Both the position numbers and the translations under genes were made by a program. The notes under the pieces are model-generated. The model did not search any database, had not been told where the DNA came from, and was given only the letters and a program-made list of their open reading frames with translations. A stretch of 63,504 nt of DNA, counting the filler, from Craspedostauros australis (Eukaryota), in NCBI GenBank assembly GCA_030167865.1. It is 15 parts of 15 records of this genome, joined end to end, with 100 filler letters (N's around TTAATTAATTAA, not from the genome) between each part and the next. Parts side by side here need not be neighbours in the genome. Positions count along the whole stretch, not along the records: positions 46,250 to 50,101 come from JALAGF010003213.1; positions 50,202 to 51,285 come from JALAGF010003214.1; positions 51,386 to 52,579 come from JALAGF010003215.1; positions 52,680 to 57,605 come from JALAGF010003216.1; positions 57,706 to 59,322 come from JALAGF010003217.1; positions 59,423 to 63,504 come from JALAGF010003218.1; 9 more parts are not named here. One strand, given 5' to 3'. Each line of letters begins with the position of its first letter. Position 1 is the stretch's first letter. Of the stretch, positions 46,925 through 60,032 are shown piece after piece.

Positions 46925-49603
46925 ATGACATCCACGAACCCACTGGACATCCTCAACCACGCCCTCAAGGCGGTTGGGATCAAGGGAGACTCCGATGAGC
47001 GTCGAGTCATCACCTCATCTGGCATAGAGGACATCGACGACCTCACGCTGCTGACGAAGGAGGACCTGGATGGCCTCCACATCACCATCTCCAAGGAGGG
47101 TAGCGAACCCTATGACTGCAAGCTTGCTGCATTGCATGTGCGCAAGATCCTTGCATTGGAGCGCTGGTACGAGAACCAAGAAGGCATGGAAGCCAGCACC
47201 TGGCTTGAGCTGAACGCAGCTCGCCTTCAGACCTTCATGAAGAAGGAGAAGAAGGCAGAACCAAAGACAACCGAAGAAGAGGTACCCACACCTGACGTGG
47301 TCCTCTCGTCTACCCCGACCTCGGATGATGTCGCTCTATTCAAGCGTGGTACCAAGCGCAACCTGAGTGACTACCCAACCCTGAAGAACGACGAGCAGTT
47401 CCTGCAGTTCGATCGACGTCTCCGAGCCACCGCAGCTGCTCATGGAATCAAGAACGCCGTCGATCCGGAGTACCTACCAGCGAGTGAAGAGCTTGCACTG
47501 TTCGAAGAGCAACGTACGTTCCTGTACTATGTTCTCTCGAACTCCCTTCGCACCATGAAGAGCCGCAACTGCCTCTTGCCGTACGCCGACAAGGAGGATG
47601 GACATGGCTTCTACATGATGTTGAAGGAGGAGTACGCCTCTGGCGTAGCGGCAACCAACAAGGCCCAGATGATCCAAGCCGAGATCAGGAACCTGAAGCT
47701 CAACAACACCTGGAACAGCAGCCGTGAGACATTTGTCAATAGCTGGTTGTCGAAGGTGAACGACCTGGAGGAGATCCAAGACAGCCCAGTCGCTGATGAC
47801 TGGAAGATGCAATGGTTGCGTGAAGCCATCGCTCCAGACAACGATCTCTGCCGTGCTCTCGATGACGCTGACGCTCTCCAAACCAACATGAGCCTCACCA
47901 CAGGCAAGATGGACTTCTCTCTGGACTTCGATGCGTTCCTCGGTATTGTGCGTCGTTCTGCACAACGCAACGACCTGCGCAACCCGCGAAACAAGACGAA
48001 GCGCAGGATCAACAACACCAACAAGGACAGCGAGAAAGGCGGAGACAACGCCAACAAGAACAAGACCGGAACCCACCGCATCCCGGATGACGAATGGAAG
48101 AAGATGACCTGGCCTCAGAAGAAAGTGCACATGGAGGTGCGTGGTCAATGGGACCCTTCCAAGAACAAGAGCAAGAACAAGTCCCAGCGTCAGGCCAACA
48201 AGACCGCTGGCACTGACAAGACCCCATCAGGATCCTCTTCTGGGGAGACCGGTACCAAGACAAGCACTGACCCTGGTGACGCTATCAAGCGTATGCTAGC
48301 GAACACCCAAACAAGCAAGAGTGAAGAGATCACAGTTGATGGAAAGGTCTATCGTGCTGTGAACATCACTGACGTTCGCTACAGCTTCAACAAGGCAACC
48401 ACCAACATGTCTGGTTCCCTGATTGACAGTGGAGCAAACGGAGGTCTCGCTGGAGACGATGTTGTGGTCCTGGACAGGACCGGACACACAGCGGATATCA
48501 ACGGGATTGGTGATACCACGATTGTCAACCTCGAAATCGGCACCGTGGCTGGCCTCGTCATGTCAACTGAAGGACCCATCATCGCGAAGTTCTACCAGTA
48601 TGCCATTCATGGGAAAGGTAAGACAATCCATTCCTCCAACCAACTAGGAGCGTTTGGGTTGGACGTGAACGAGCGACCAAGCAGCCTTCCAGGTGGTCGT
48701 CAATCCATCATTGTGCCAGATGGGCACATCATTCCTCTTGCGATCCGACAAGGTCTGTCGTATATGGACATGCGTCCACCCACGATCCAAGAGATGAAAT
48801 CCTATCCTCACGTTGACTTCACGGCGGATGAGGTTTGGGACCCATCCGCACTCGATCAAGAAACCCGGGCGGCAGATAGTTCCCAGGATGAGTTTTCTGA
48901 GGAAACTATCGCACCTAACGACGATGTTCCAATTTCTGAGACCCGGATTTTCGAAGAAACCCGGATTTTCGAGAAAACCCGGAAACTAGACGAAGCGGTG
49001 AAACCGTTTTCCATCCAGCGTACACCAATCGACTACGAGGCGCTCCGCCCACGTTTCGGTTGGATCCCCGCTCTACGCATCAGAGACACACTCCGTTGTA
49101 CCTCCCAATGGTACCGTTCCTCCGAGCGCTTTGCGATGCGTAAGCATTTCAAGACCAGATTCCCGGCAGCCAACGTCAACCGTCTCCATGAGACCGTGGC
49201 GATGGACACGCTCTTTTCCGATACACCAGCACACGATGATGGTGTTCCAGGACATGGTGGGTGCACCATGATTCAGATCTACGTTGCTGTGGACTCTCGC
49301 TTCACCGCTGGATTCCCGATGGCATCCGAGAAGCAGGTCTCCAGCACCTTTCAGGAGTTCATCCGGCGCCATGGAGCTCCGGATCTGTTGATGTCAGACA
49401 ATGCGAAGGTAGAGATCGGATTCAAGATGCAAGACATCCTCCGGCAATATGCTATTGCCGACCACCAAAGTGAACCCGAGCATCAACACCAGAACGCCGC
49501 CGAGAGACGCATCCAGGACATCAAGAGGATGACCAACGGCGTCATGGACCGAACTGGAACCCCTGCTTGTTTCTGGTTGATCTGCACGATGTATGTCATC
49601 GTC
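46925..49603 (+). mobile_element. CoDi-like gag-protease-integrase ORF, truncated within integrase
   Basis: Protease LIDSGANGG; integrase VAMDT, MSDNA, QNAAERRIQDIK; homology stops after FWLICTMYVI. Confidence 0.95.
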
Positions 49604-50101
49604 TGTCAGGAATCGAGGGTACGCTTTTACCAAGATACCCATGATTGCCGCACCTCCCAATAACATCATCCGTGACTCACATCCGTGACTCAAACCCGAG
49701 ACTCATCACATACGTGACTCGACCCGTGACTCAAGACAAACGTGACTGATCTCAGTCGTAACAAGACAACAAGCCTGTCCTCCTCTAACAAGAAGAACCA
49801 TGACAACGCAACAGATCAAACGACGACGTCATGGGAGAAACATCGATGACCAACAGGTCTGTGATCACCCCATCAAGAGAAACGAAGCATGCGCCCTCTT
49901 GCGGACAAGAAAAGCCGCAGGTTTGGACCATCAGAAAGATTCAGAAGTGTCGCGGGTTTCAAGACGAAACCTGTGACAAGATGGATGCACGACTGTGGAC
50001 TCCTGCCGCAAGAATGCAGGGCGAAACGAAATACACGATGAAGTGCATGATGAGATGCATGATGAAATGTACATGAAGTACATGCTGCATGACATGATGA
50101 A
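49604..50101 (+). mobile_element. Probable nested LTR starting TGTCAGG
   Basis: Abrupt switch from integrase to non-coding sequence at a TG; internal short tandem repeats; orientation not certain. Confidence 0.5.
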
Positions 50102-50201
50102 NNNNNNNNNNNNNNNNNNNNNNNNNNNNNNNNNNNNNNNNNNNNTTAATTAATTAANNNNNNNNNNNNNNNNNNNNNNNNNNNNNNNNNNNNNNNNNNN
50201 N

Positions 50202-50284
50202 TGTCTCATGTCTGTGTTGTCGGTGATTGGTAGTAGTGGCTATCGTGTAACGCCGTTTCAACGGTTTCGTACATATCCCGGTTT
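50202..50284. repeat. Dispersed repeat, inverted copy at about 54527-54610
   Basis: GGCTATCGTGTAACGCCGTTTCAACGGTTTC and flanks match the reverse complement. Confidence 0.85.
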
Positions 50285-50456
50285 GGTCCCCTCGATGCGC
50301 GGTGGCTGTGCTAGCCGTCGTATCGTCACATTTTGGTTGCATTCGGGATGTACCTGCTGCATGCCCCACATGTGGACACCACAGGGCGCTCAGCCCACCA
50401 ACCATGAGCAGAGCCCATGATTGACCACCCTTGGGTACTGTTGCGCAGCGCCGAGG

Positions 50457-51285
50457 TCAAAAGAGGACCCGTTGTGCTTGTTCTTTTCGTCTCGGTCCTN
50501 GTTGTTGTTTCGTGAGCATGTCGGACAGATTGGTTTCCGATGGTTCATGTTGGACCACCAAGATGCCCGCAGCAATGCTTTCTCTGACGAAGTGGTATGC
50601 GATGGCATTGGCTTTCTTCCGCAATTGTGATTCTGGTAGTGAGGAGTTGTATACCACACTCTGATTGTCGACCCGTACGTCCGCCGGGCCATCCAGCGGA
50701 ATGCCCATCATGCGGAGCTTGTATCTCATGCCGATGATGATCTCGGTTGCAACCTTGAGTGCTGTGAACTTGCTGCTGAATGTGGATGTCTCAATGCTGT
50801 TCTGTTTCTTGCTGTACCATAGTATCGGTGATGTATTCAAGAATAAAAGCACACCAGTGCGTGAGCGTCGCGTGACGCGGTCACCTGCATGATCAGCATC
50901 AACAAAGCACGTCATTTGAACCTCCTTTCCGCGCGGCGATGGCATGTCAGCAGGCAATTGTTCATGAGCATCAGGGTAGAAATCGTTCCAGTTGGGTTGC
51001 ATCACAGGCGGTTTGTCAATGTATGCGTCGTCAAAAACAAGGCGAGAACGATCGTGAGATTTGAGGTATGCGAACATGTGAAAGAGAGCATGTAAGTGAC
51101 CAATTCATGGCGCAACACAGTACGATGCCATCATCGAGGTCTCGCAGCAAATGTCAATGCGCCCGAGTTCAACAGTCCAACGCAGTATACCAATCAGTTG
51201 TTGGTAGAATGTCATTTGTTCGGAGTCACACAATTGTGATCCATCCAATTCCGGTCGGTACTTGTTCGGTAGGACGCTGGGTGCT
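50457..51285 (-). pseudogene. Degenerate Copia RT C-terminus plus RNase H
   Basis: QLIGILRW, ELGRIDI, FVDADHAGD, SKKQNSIETSTF, VDNQSV, HFVRE, NLSDMLTK; TGA at 51105-51107. Confidence 0.92.
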
Positions 51286-51385
51286 NNNNNNNNNNNNNNN
51301 NNNNNNNNNNNNNNNNNNNNNNNNNNNNNTTAATTAATTAANNNNNNNNNNNNNNNNNNNNNNNNNNNNNNNNNNNNNNNNNNNN

Positions 51386-51523
51386 TGTTGGTATACGGTC
51401 GAAGGCCAGACGGAGCAGCAAATGAACCCCTGTTCACAGCCTCAGCAGAGACAACAGAGACGAGTCATAATAACTTCACATCACACACACACACACTACT
51501 CGTATCGTCTCCCGATCATCACA
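51386..51523. repeat. 138-bp repeat (TGTTGG...TCACA), identical at 52680-52817
   Basis: Both contigs begin with the same sequence and diverge after GATCATCACA. Confidence 0.9.
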
Positions 51524-51838
51524 GTATCCATAGCGATGTTTTTCTGCGTCAGGACGCAAAACAGCCACTGTTTGCAAGCTGACGCAAGCTAAGAATGTAG
51601 CACCGTTTGTGTTTGCGCCAAAACGCATCCAGGAATTACTGTGGCAATTTAACACGAAGAGTAGTCGTAGACTCGCCCGATCCATGCGATAAAGATAGCT
51701 CCCAAATACCACCTCTGTTGACTGTGCTTTTTCGGGCATCAAATGCCTCCCGCGCGTTTTCTTCGTGTTGTATTCTTCATTAGGCAGATATCAGTCGTCT
51801 CTGCCCAAGCTACCAGTGAATAGTGAATAGTAAATAGA

Positions 51839-52579
51839 TGTTGGCAAGTCCCGATGTAGGTACCCTTACTGTTGCTTGCGATGAAGATGGTGATGGTGGT
51901 AATAGTCAATTCTCTTGCTATTTCATTACGTAGTAACCAATGCTCTTGGTGCTGACTCCAGTGCTCCTGGACGTCTTGTCTGGTGATCTGTGCCGTGTTG
52001 AGTCGACTATGAGCAAGCTGCAGAGGTGCTCCCTCTCATGTTGCTCATCATCGTCTCTCTCTCTCTTTCTCTCACGCGTAGTCCTCCTACGCTGTTCTAC
52101 ACATTCGATTCGTCGTTCATCATCTCATCCTCCACGAGCACGCTACTACGCCCACGTGTAGATGCTGTCATCTCATGCTGAACTCCTCGTTGACCTTTCA
52201 CGAACTCGATGACGATCGGTCATCGAATCTTCCTTGTTCTCTGCCGGATGTTGAGACAGCTGCCGACGTGGTGACATGATGACATCCTGTCAACGTCAGC
52301 TGCTCTGTTCCATGTATTCCCAGGTTCCTCATTCCGTCATCTTACCCTGGTCAGATGGTCATCTCGTCACCTTAGATAAGTCGCAACCTCCATTTACCCT
52401 TCCTCGATGCCATGTCGGTTGGCGGACATACGAAGGTTCTGATCCTCTCAGATTAGGTTGTCCCAAATCCCCCGCTGGGATTCTTGCATGATTTAGTGTG
52501 TCCGAGTTTGTGTTGTTGCTCTCAAACACGAAACGTCCAGGACACGAATATTGTCGACGCTACCTGGTCGAGTCTAGAC
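51839..52579 (-). mobile_element. LTR related to 34321-35107 (solo or 3' copy)
   Basis: TGTTGGCAAGT, GAAGATGGTG, TAATAGTC and TTGCTATTTCATTACGT are collinear with the reverse complement of 35025-35107. Confidence 0.7.
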
Positions 52580-53000
52580 NNNNNNNNNNNNNNNNNNNNN
52601 NNNNNNNNNNNNNNNNNNNNNNNTTAATTAATTAANNNNNNNNNNNNNNNNNNNNNNNNNNNNNNNNNNNNNNNNNNNNTGTTGGTATACGGTCGAAGGC
52701 CAGACGGAGCAGCAAATGAACCCCTGTTCACAGCCTCAGCAGAGACAACAGAGACGAGTCATAATAACTTCACATCACACACACACACACTACTCGTATC
52801 GTCTCCCGATCATCACAAATTGTACCATGATCGGATCTGCGGTACTTTTTGCGCCCAAGAGTTCCGTTCAGTTGAGATTCACCGAACACGGTGTCTTCCT
52901 CCGATGGGAGAAAATCTTGTTTTGGCGCGAAATCTTCCGACTTGATCGACCACCAAATCTTTTCTCCTCCATTCACGAACCCATCATGACTCAAGCATGA

Positions 53001-53526
53001 CCGACCTGACTCACACCTCACCTTGGGAACTATATGCTCCTCAGATCCTTTTACTACAACACACCTCGATTCCCTCCATGCTGATGACTACTGCAATACT
53101 GCCGTAGCCTTGACGTGTGTATCCAATCTGCTTCAACTCAAGCAATGGAATCCGAGGGTAAGCTCCAACCACAGCCACTGCTTCATGATCGTCACTATTG
53201 AGTGTCATGACCTACACTGCAGTGTATCTACGTGTGAGGAGAGCAAGGAACTGTAATGATCATCTACCCTCAAGCATTGAACCAAGTACATCAGTGCAGG
53301 GTCTCACCAAGTTGTGTGGCATCGTTTCTTCACCCTACTAACACTACAAGCTAACTCATAATAACAGACAAGGATTAGCTACAAAGCACTCTACTACTCA
53401 TCATTACAGTATTAACTATTCAATCAGTACACCTCTCTTGAACTGCATCACATGGCTATCCCAAAGCTGGCAGATTCACAAGGCATCCTTCACCGATTTG
53501 TGCCGAATACGCCCGAATCCTAACTA
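53001..53526 (-). repeat. Inverted copy of 58795-59322 (probable retroelement 3' end and LTR)
   Basis: High similarity, also visible as the near-identical spurious ORFs MGTICSSDPFTTT. Confidence 0.88.
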
Positions 53527-55854
53527 GTTACTGTACAGTTTGATGCGTACCGTACCACAGCATCACATGACATCCTGATCTGTAGATTTCGATCCTTTCC
53601 ACATGGATATATCACTTCGACCTCCATATCCGTAACCTTTGGAGGGGGTTCGGAGTCATTGAAGTGTTGGATTGGAGTATGATTGACGTTTTGTATGCAC
53701 ACAGGCTCAGCATTCTGTACAGCGTGATGCGTACCGTTCAGTACTGCTTGGTATCAGCATCCGTAGAATCTGATCCATTTCAAACGGATATAGGACTTCA
53801 AACTCGGCGACCGTACTCTTTGGGGTGTGCTTGGAGTAGTCCAGCTGATTGGATCTCTGAAAACGGCCTGTGCAATGCATCGATATGCATAATACTGCAC
53901 AAAACGATGCGCACCGTGCAGTCTCGTCCAATACAGTACTGAGTGATATCAGCATCCATAGATTTCGATCCCTTCCAGATGGATCTAACACTGCAGGCTC
54001 CATGGCCGTACTGTTTGGAGTGTGCTTGGAGTGGTGCAGTTGGTATCATCAAATATGCTTGACCTTTTGTATGCACAATACACACAGTGACCGAACGGTA
54101 TCGCAGGAATGGACTACATGTAATTGAAACTCCTCGCAGTTGGGTCTGGACTATCCCAAGGTGGGTGCATGCCCATGGCTGATGTCAGTATGCAAAAGAG
54201 TTGGTTTAACCCTCTACTCGTATTCCAGAGAACAGGATTCATTGCCATTATAAACTTGTCTCGTCCACTCTATTCTACTCAACTCTGCTGGGAAACGGTT
54301 GACGTGTGTATTTCGCGGCTAAATTAGTATTTTCATCGTTGTCGCAAGGACGCGCCTGTCAACAGTCCGGCCATTGTGATTGGTCAGGCACCAAAACGAC
54401 CTGGCTAGTGAACTTTGGCCTCAAAAACGACCTGGTTGGTGAATTTGCTAAAAAACAGGAACACAATTTACCGCAGCTTCCAATTTCACCATTTACTGTT
54501 AAATGCAGTCCCAGGCCATGTCGCAACAAACCGGGATACGTATGAAACCGTTGAAACGGCGTTACACGATAGCCGCCACTACCAATCATGGACGACACAG
54601 CAATGAGACAACAGCACTGATGCATACAACATCGATAAGACTCATAATCTGCATCTTTACTCTTTTTCACTCTAAATCGGTTTCACGTGTGTCGTAACTT
54701 GGCAAAACAAACTCGGACGAGCGGAGTAGCCCTCGAATTCTGTGCGAGTCGTGGAAGAACCTGCCCACAAAAGAACAGAACTCTTGGGTGCAAAAAGTAC
54801 CAAAGATCCGATTGTGAACAATTGGTCCCTGAGCATTCTTCTTGTCGCTCGGCTCTCGACCCAGGCGAAAGAAGCGTTGATCATCAGGCTGGCGAAACTC
54901 AGACGCTACCAGAGCAACATGGAGCGCGTGGAAAGACCTCTCGCCAGAAAAGAAAAAAGCATTCGATGACGTTTTCCTATCGCCCATCACTCATCCCCGT
55001 TGTCGCTTCTCGTTCTTGTGCACCGTATTCTGTATACTCGCGGATTTTTCATGGATGTGTTGTGCGGATCGACAGGTGGAATGGCCCGGGCACCACTTAT
55101 CGAAAGCGCAGCGCCATCCACGACAGAATTGATACGACCCATCCCACTTGCACAACCTCCTGCGCGAGTATGGATCACGAGTTTTGGCACAGATAAATAC
55201 TATGGCAACCCTGCGGCGGCGATTCGTACCAACGTGCTGTCGGCTTTCGCGCCAACCTCCGTCGTCGAAGATCTGAGCCGAGGATCGGGACCAACCACAA
55301 CATCGGCAGGTTCAGCAACGTTCGCCACTGTCCAAGAACTTTACCAAACGGCGAACCTCCAAACAAATGCTGGCCAATCACCGAGCAAATCGTGCTCTGT
55401 TTTGTGCCACCAGGCATTATTGGAACCTCGTGGGTGGGGAGGCGCTCATCCGAGCAGGAGATGAGCATCACTCATGTTGACATGGTGCGTTTGATGTAGT
55501 GTGATGCACCAGTGCAGTAGACATGCACTGGGAGCAGGGGAAAATTCTCCCTCCAAAACAAAAGGCTGTTTCATGCACTTGATCACGGACATTTTCCCCG
55601 CATCAGACTGATACGACCCATGCTGTCTTTAAGTAACCCCCACTGGGGTAGTATCATTCGAGCCAGGGTGCTGCACCTCACAACTCTCTTCTGCGCGACG
55701 CACAGGTGTCGCGCCGTTGTTTTCCGCCGCCTTCGCGTGTCCGTGCTGCTCTGTTTACCTTTGTTGCACCTGTCCTCGTTTCGCGACAATGGCCTCCTTT
55801 TCGATTTCGCTCTTCGTTCCGTGCTGTGTGTTTGCACACATCCGCCACGGAACA

Positions 55855-56165
55855 TGGCACCACACCACAACACACAAAACAAATCGCAACACAACTCGAC
55901 GCAAGCCAACACAACATCGCACAACATCACAGAGCATCACAGAGCATCGCACAGCATCCCACAACGCCATGCCACATCACACAGTATCGCAAAACATCAC
56001 ACAACATCGCACAACCTCACACAACCTCACACACCATCGCACACAACGCAAGGCAACTCAACACACCATCACACAACATCACAGACGAGGCAACGCAACT
56101 CCACACACCATCACTCACCATCGTACAGCCATACAGCATCACAGCGTCACACAACACCACGCGCT
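55855..56165. repeat. CA-rich low-complexity pentamer repeats (CACAA/CATCA)
   Basis: Seen directly. Confidence 0.8.
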
Positions 56166-56443
56166 GATACACGTCGACAGAGAATGTTCGCACTGTCGAC
56201 GTATTGTTCACGAACGGAGTTGGCATCTGCCCCCTCTGTTTTCTGGCTGACCAACTTCGGCACATGTGTGTGGTTGCCTTGCTTGCCTTGCTTGCCTTGC
56301 ATGGTGTTGTTGTCACATCGCTTGCTTGTCCATCTAATCTCCTTTAGATTGAACTCTGCTGGACATCAGGATGCATGGTTCCTGTTCCGTTGGCTCTCTC
56401 CTCTTTCCAGTCCGAATGGTGCCTTTGCTTCATTCATGATGGA

Positions 56444-57605
56444 TGTTGGAAATCCGGGGTGGTGTGATAGTAGAAAGCTAATAGTTTGTTAGAATCTACT
56501 TCTCTGAACTGTGAGCTCTTCATTGCTCTCAATTGCAAAGTTCAATCTCCTCCTGAGATCTCCATGGGTCCCTCTGTTGGTCTAGCAGGCATCCATCTTG
56601 CATCCATCGCAAATTCATCATGGACATGCATGCACCACCAAGCACCCCATGTTCGTGCACATTAGCACATTTTCCTCTGCTGATAGTTTCGATGCCTTAG
56701 ACATCGCCGAGTCGTAGGTATCACACAGATCGGTTCATTCAATCAGATCACAGTCTCCCATTCGTGACAGGAACACCTTGGTTGGGAGCTCATTCAGCTC
56801 CTCAACCATCGCACATCTCCGATCATCTCCGATGCTTCTCCTGTCGTTTCTGCTGGTTTCTTTGCCGATCACTTCACCGGCTTCCTGGATGCTCCTCATC
56901 TCAGGTTTGTTCACAGGCCATCTCACTCTTCGTGACATTGGCCTTCCTCCAGTACTCTTTTCTCATTGGTTGCGACATGGGGGCCATAGTCGCGTGTATT
57001 GTGATGTTGGTCACGATTCCAACATCTCTGCCCCCTGCGACATGCACGTGTGATTGGCATTCCTGCATTGAGGTCACGAACACCAAAGTACGGTTCGCAT
57101 TTGGCACGTGTAGTTCTCCATCACAAAACACGTGCAGCTCACATCTTTCTGTCACAAAGATCCAAGTATGGGAGCTGAGGTAATGCATTATATCATGACG
57201 TCCGGCTCCTTACTCTTGGGAGGTGCGGCAATTCGGTGTTTCAGAACACCCGATTCCTGACAAACCCCGTTTTAACCGTTTCACGTGTATCTGTTGGAAA
57301 TCCGGGGTGGTGTGATAGTAGAAAGCTAATTGTTTGTTAGAATCTACTTCTCTGAACTGTGAGCTCTTCATTGCTCTCGATTGCAAAGTCCAATCTCCTC
57401 CTGAGATTGCCATGGGTCCNNNNNNNNNNNNNNNNNNCATCCATCTTGCATTCATCGCAAATTCATCATGGACATGCATGCACCACCGAGTACCCCATAT
57501 TCGTGCACATTAGCACGTTGTCCTCCGCTGATAGTTCCGATGCCTTAGACATCACCGAGTCGTAGGCATGACACAGATCGGCTCATTCGATCAGATCACG
57601 ATCTC
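56444..57605 (+). repeat. Direct repeat of an LTR-like sequence starting TGTTGGAAATCCGGGG (56444 and 57292)
   Basis: About 310 bp align up to the contig end; a short inverted copy of the terminus lies at about 57775-57789. Confidence 0.75.
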
Positions 57606-58079
57606 NNNNNNNNNNNNNNNNNNNNNNNNNNNNNNNNNNNNNNNNNNNNTTAATTAATTAANNNNNNNNNNNNNNNNNNNNNNNNNNNNNNNNNNNNNNN
57701 NNNNNGTACTCACAGTTCCAACAATGCAATAACATGAATAGGTAACCAGAGACTACTACTAGAGACTGGGGTACCCCGGATTTCCAATACGTTTCGAAAC
57801 GTTATGATTGAAATCCGACGTTTCCACCACCAACACTAGCCAACATCACCATCATCGACATGACCACCATCTACACTCAAGACCATCGCAAGTAATGGTC
57901 CCCTGTGTGAAGAGAGAGGAGAGCAAGCCGCTCTGGAGCATGATGCTCCTTGCCAATGGATGCCAAGATCGGCATGGTAACCCCCACACGAAGGACGATG
58001 TCAAGACGATGATGATGATCGAATCGAGCACCACCGCAAGTCCACCAGCAGAGTGGAGACCGCAGCTGAGGCAAGTACA

Positions 58080-59322
58080 GACACTACATGTATTGCTGAA
58101 GCAAGGAGGCGCTCAGAACCCACGCATTGGAAGAACTGTCCATGGTCATGGGACCATGAAGTCGAGGAAGGCATGGAGACCTTCGAGGCAGTGTTGGAGA
58201 ACGAGAGCAAGCTGCACGCAAGAAGAGATTCGGACGCAGCAGACCACGCTCTCGGATGCATCGGATTCAGCAGACTGCGCCATGAGGGCGAGACAGCTGA
58301 CGGAGCTCAACGAGATGCAATTGAGGAAGCAATGGGAGCTTCCAACCTACCCTGCAAGAATGGAGCTGCCTCATCAGCACTTGGTCGATATGGAAGCCGA
58401 GATGGACGAGGAGCAACACAGATAGCTGATGCTGAATGTCTGTGCGCATGGGGCGCGCGACGCAATCGAGCACGAGCATGCAGACAGGGATGATAAGATG
58501 AAGGACGATCAAGATCTACGCAGGAATGGGCATGGCCCATGATCGTGATCACATCAAGAGTGACGCGAGGAGCAGCAATGGAAAGCATCGAGATGATCAC
58601 GTGGCACCGACTGCCATCGTGTGATACATGCTCGAGTGCTGGCTGCGATTCCTACTGTGACATGATCAAGACGGTAAGGATGCAACCTACCAGGCCAAGA
58701 ATTGGCAACAACAACGAAAACAGCAACACAGGAAGTGTGTGCTTCGATGAGAAGGGAAAGCGCTGCAACAAGCTGGACAGGAGGTCCTTCCGCGAGTTAG
58801 GATTCGGGCGTAGTCGGCGCGAATCGGTGGAGGATGTCTCTTGGATCTGCCAGCTTCGGGATAGCCGTGTGATGCAGTTCAAGAGGGGTGTACTGATTGA
58901 AGAGTTGTTACTGTAACGATGAGTAGATGAGTGCTTTGTAGCTAATCCTTGTCTGTGTTTATTATGAGTTAGCTTGTAGTGTTAGTAGGGTGAAGAAACG
59001 ATGCCACACAACTTGGCGAGACCCTGCACTGATGTACTTGGTTCAGTGCTCAAGGGTAGATGATCATTACAGTGCTTTGCTCTCCGCACATGTAGATACG
59101 CTGTAGTGTAGGCCATGACGCATGTTAGTGACAGTCATGAAGCAGTGGCTGTGACTGGAGCTGATCCTCGGATTCCATTGCTCAAGTTGAAGCAAGTAGG
59201 ATTCACACGTTGAGACTACGGCAATGATGCAGTAGTCGTCAGCATGGAGGGAATCGAGGTATGTTGTAGTAAAAGGATCTGAGGAGCATATAGTTCCCAA
59301 GGTGAGGTGTGAGTCAGGTCGG
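58080..59322 (+). mobile_element. Highly degenerate Gypsy-like 3' region with possible PPT (AAGAGGGG, 58881) and LTR start (58889)
   Basis: KNCPWSWDHEVEEGMETFEAVL and DAADHALGCI resemble the Gypsy RT-RNase H connection and TDASD motif. Confidence 0.4.
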
Positions 59323-60032
59323 NNNNNNNNNNNNNNNNNNNNNNNNNNNNNNNNNNNNNNNNNNNNTTAATTAATTAANNNNNNNNNNNNNNNNNNNNNN
59401 NNNNNNNNNNNNNNNNNNNNNNTCGAGAAAGCAAGTCAGGCGCACGGAAAGGAACCCCTGAGACATGACCAATGACGCCGTGCTGCATCGCGACGTTTTT
59501 TTTTTTTATCGCCAAATAAATGAGTTACTCGAAGGAGTCAGAAAAAAAAACAACCCACTTTCGGGTTTCGGACCGAAATGGGTTTTTTTTTTTTGCAACA
59601 CGGGACATCGTGGAGGAATGTGGGACTTAAGTAGTACGTTGCCATTTTCGGCGACCTTCCGTTTGTCTCCACAGGCAAATGGGGGTCAATTTGTCTGTGG
59701 AGGCAAATTGAGACTTCAATTTGCCTGTGGAGACAAACTACGTAGAGTTTGTCTCCACAGACATGAAAACCCTCATTATGGATATAGTAGTTTGAGAGCC
59801 GTTGATTCTGTTCTGAATCTCGACCAGCATCCCATGAACACCAACTCTGTTCGTAACATGCACTCTGTGGCTCGAACTCGCGTGGTCCGCATCCAGTCTC
59901 AACATGCACTCAACTATTCTACTTGTGTACGCAACTCAGTTCCAAGAATGCTTCGAGCAGAAATATGGAATTATACGATTAGTGAATGCGATCACAAGTC
60001 CAGACCGCCCGTCGGTGGAACAATAATTAATC

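Noticed and set aside
54742..55464. Interrupted reading frame as a gene
   Set aside because: Internal stop, no recognisable motif, repeat-rich context
55620..56492. His/Thr-rich 290-aa ORF
   Set aside because: Artefact of CA-rich low-complexity DNA
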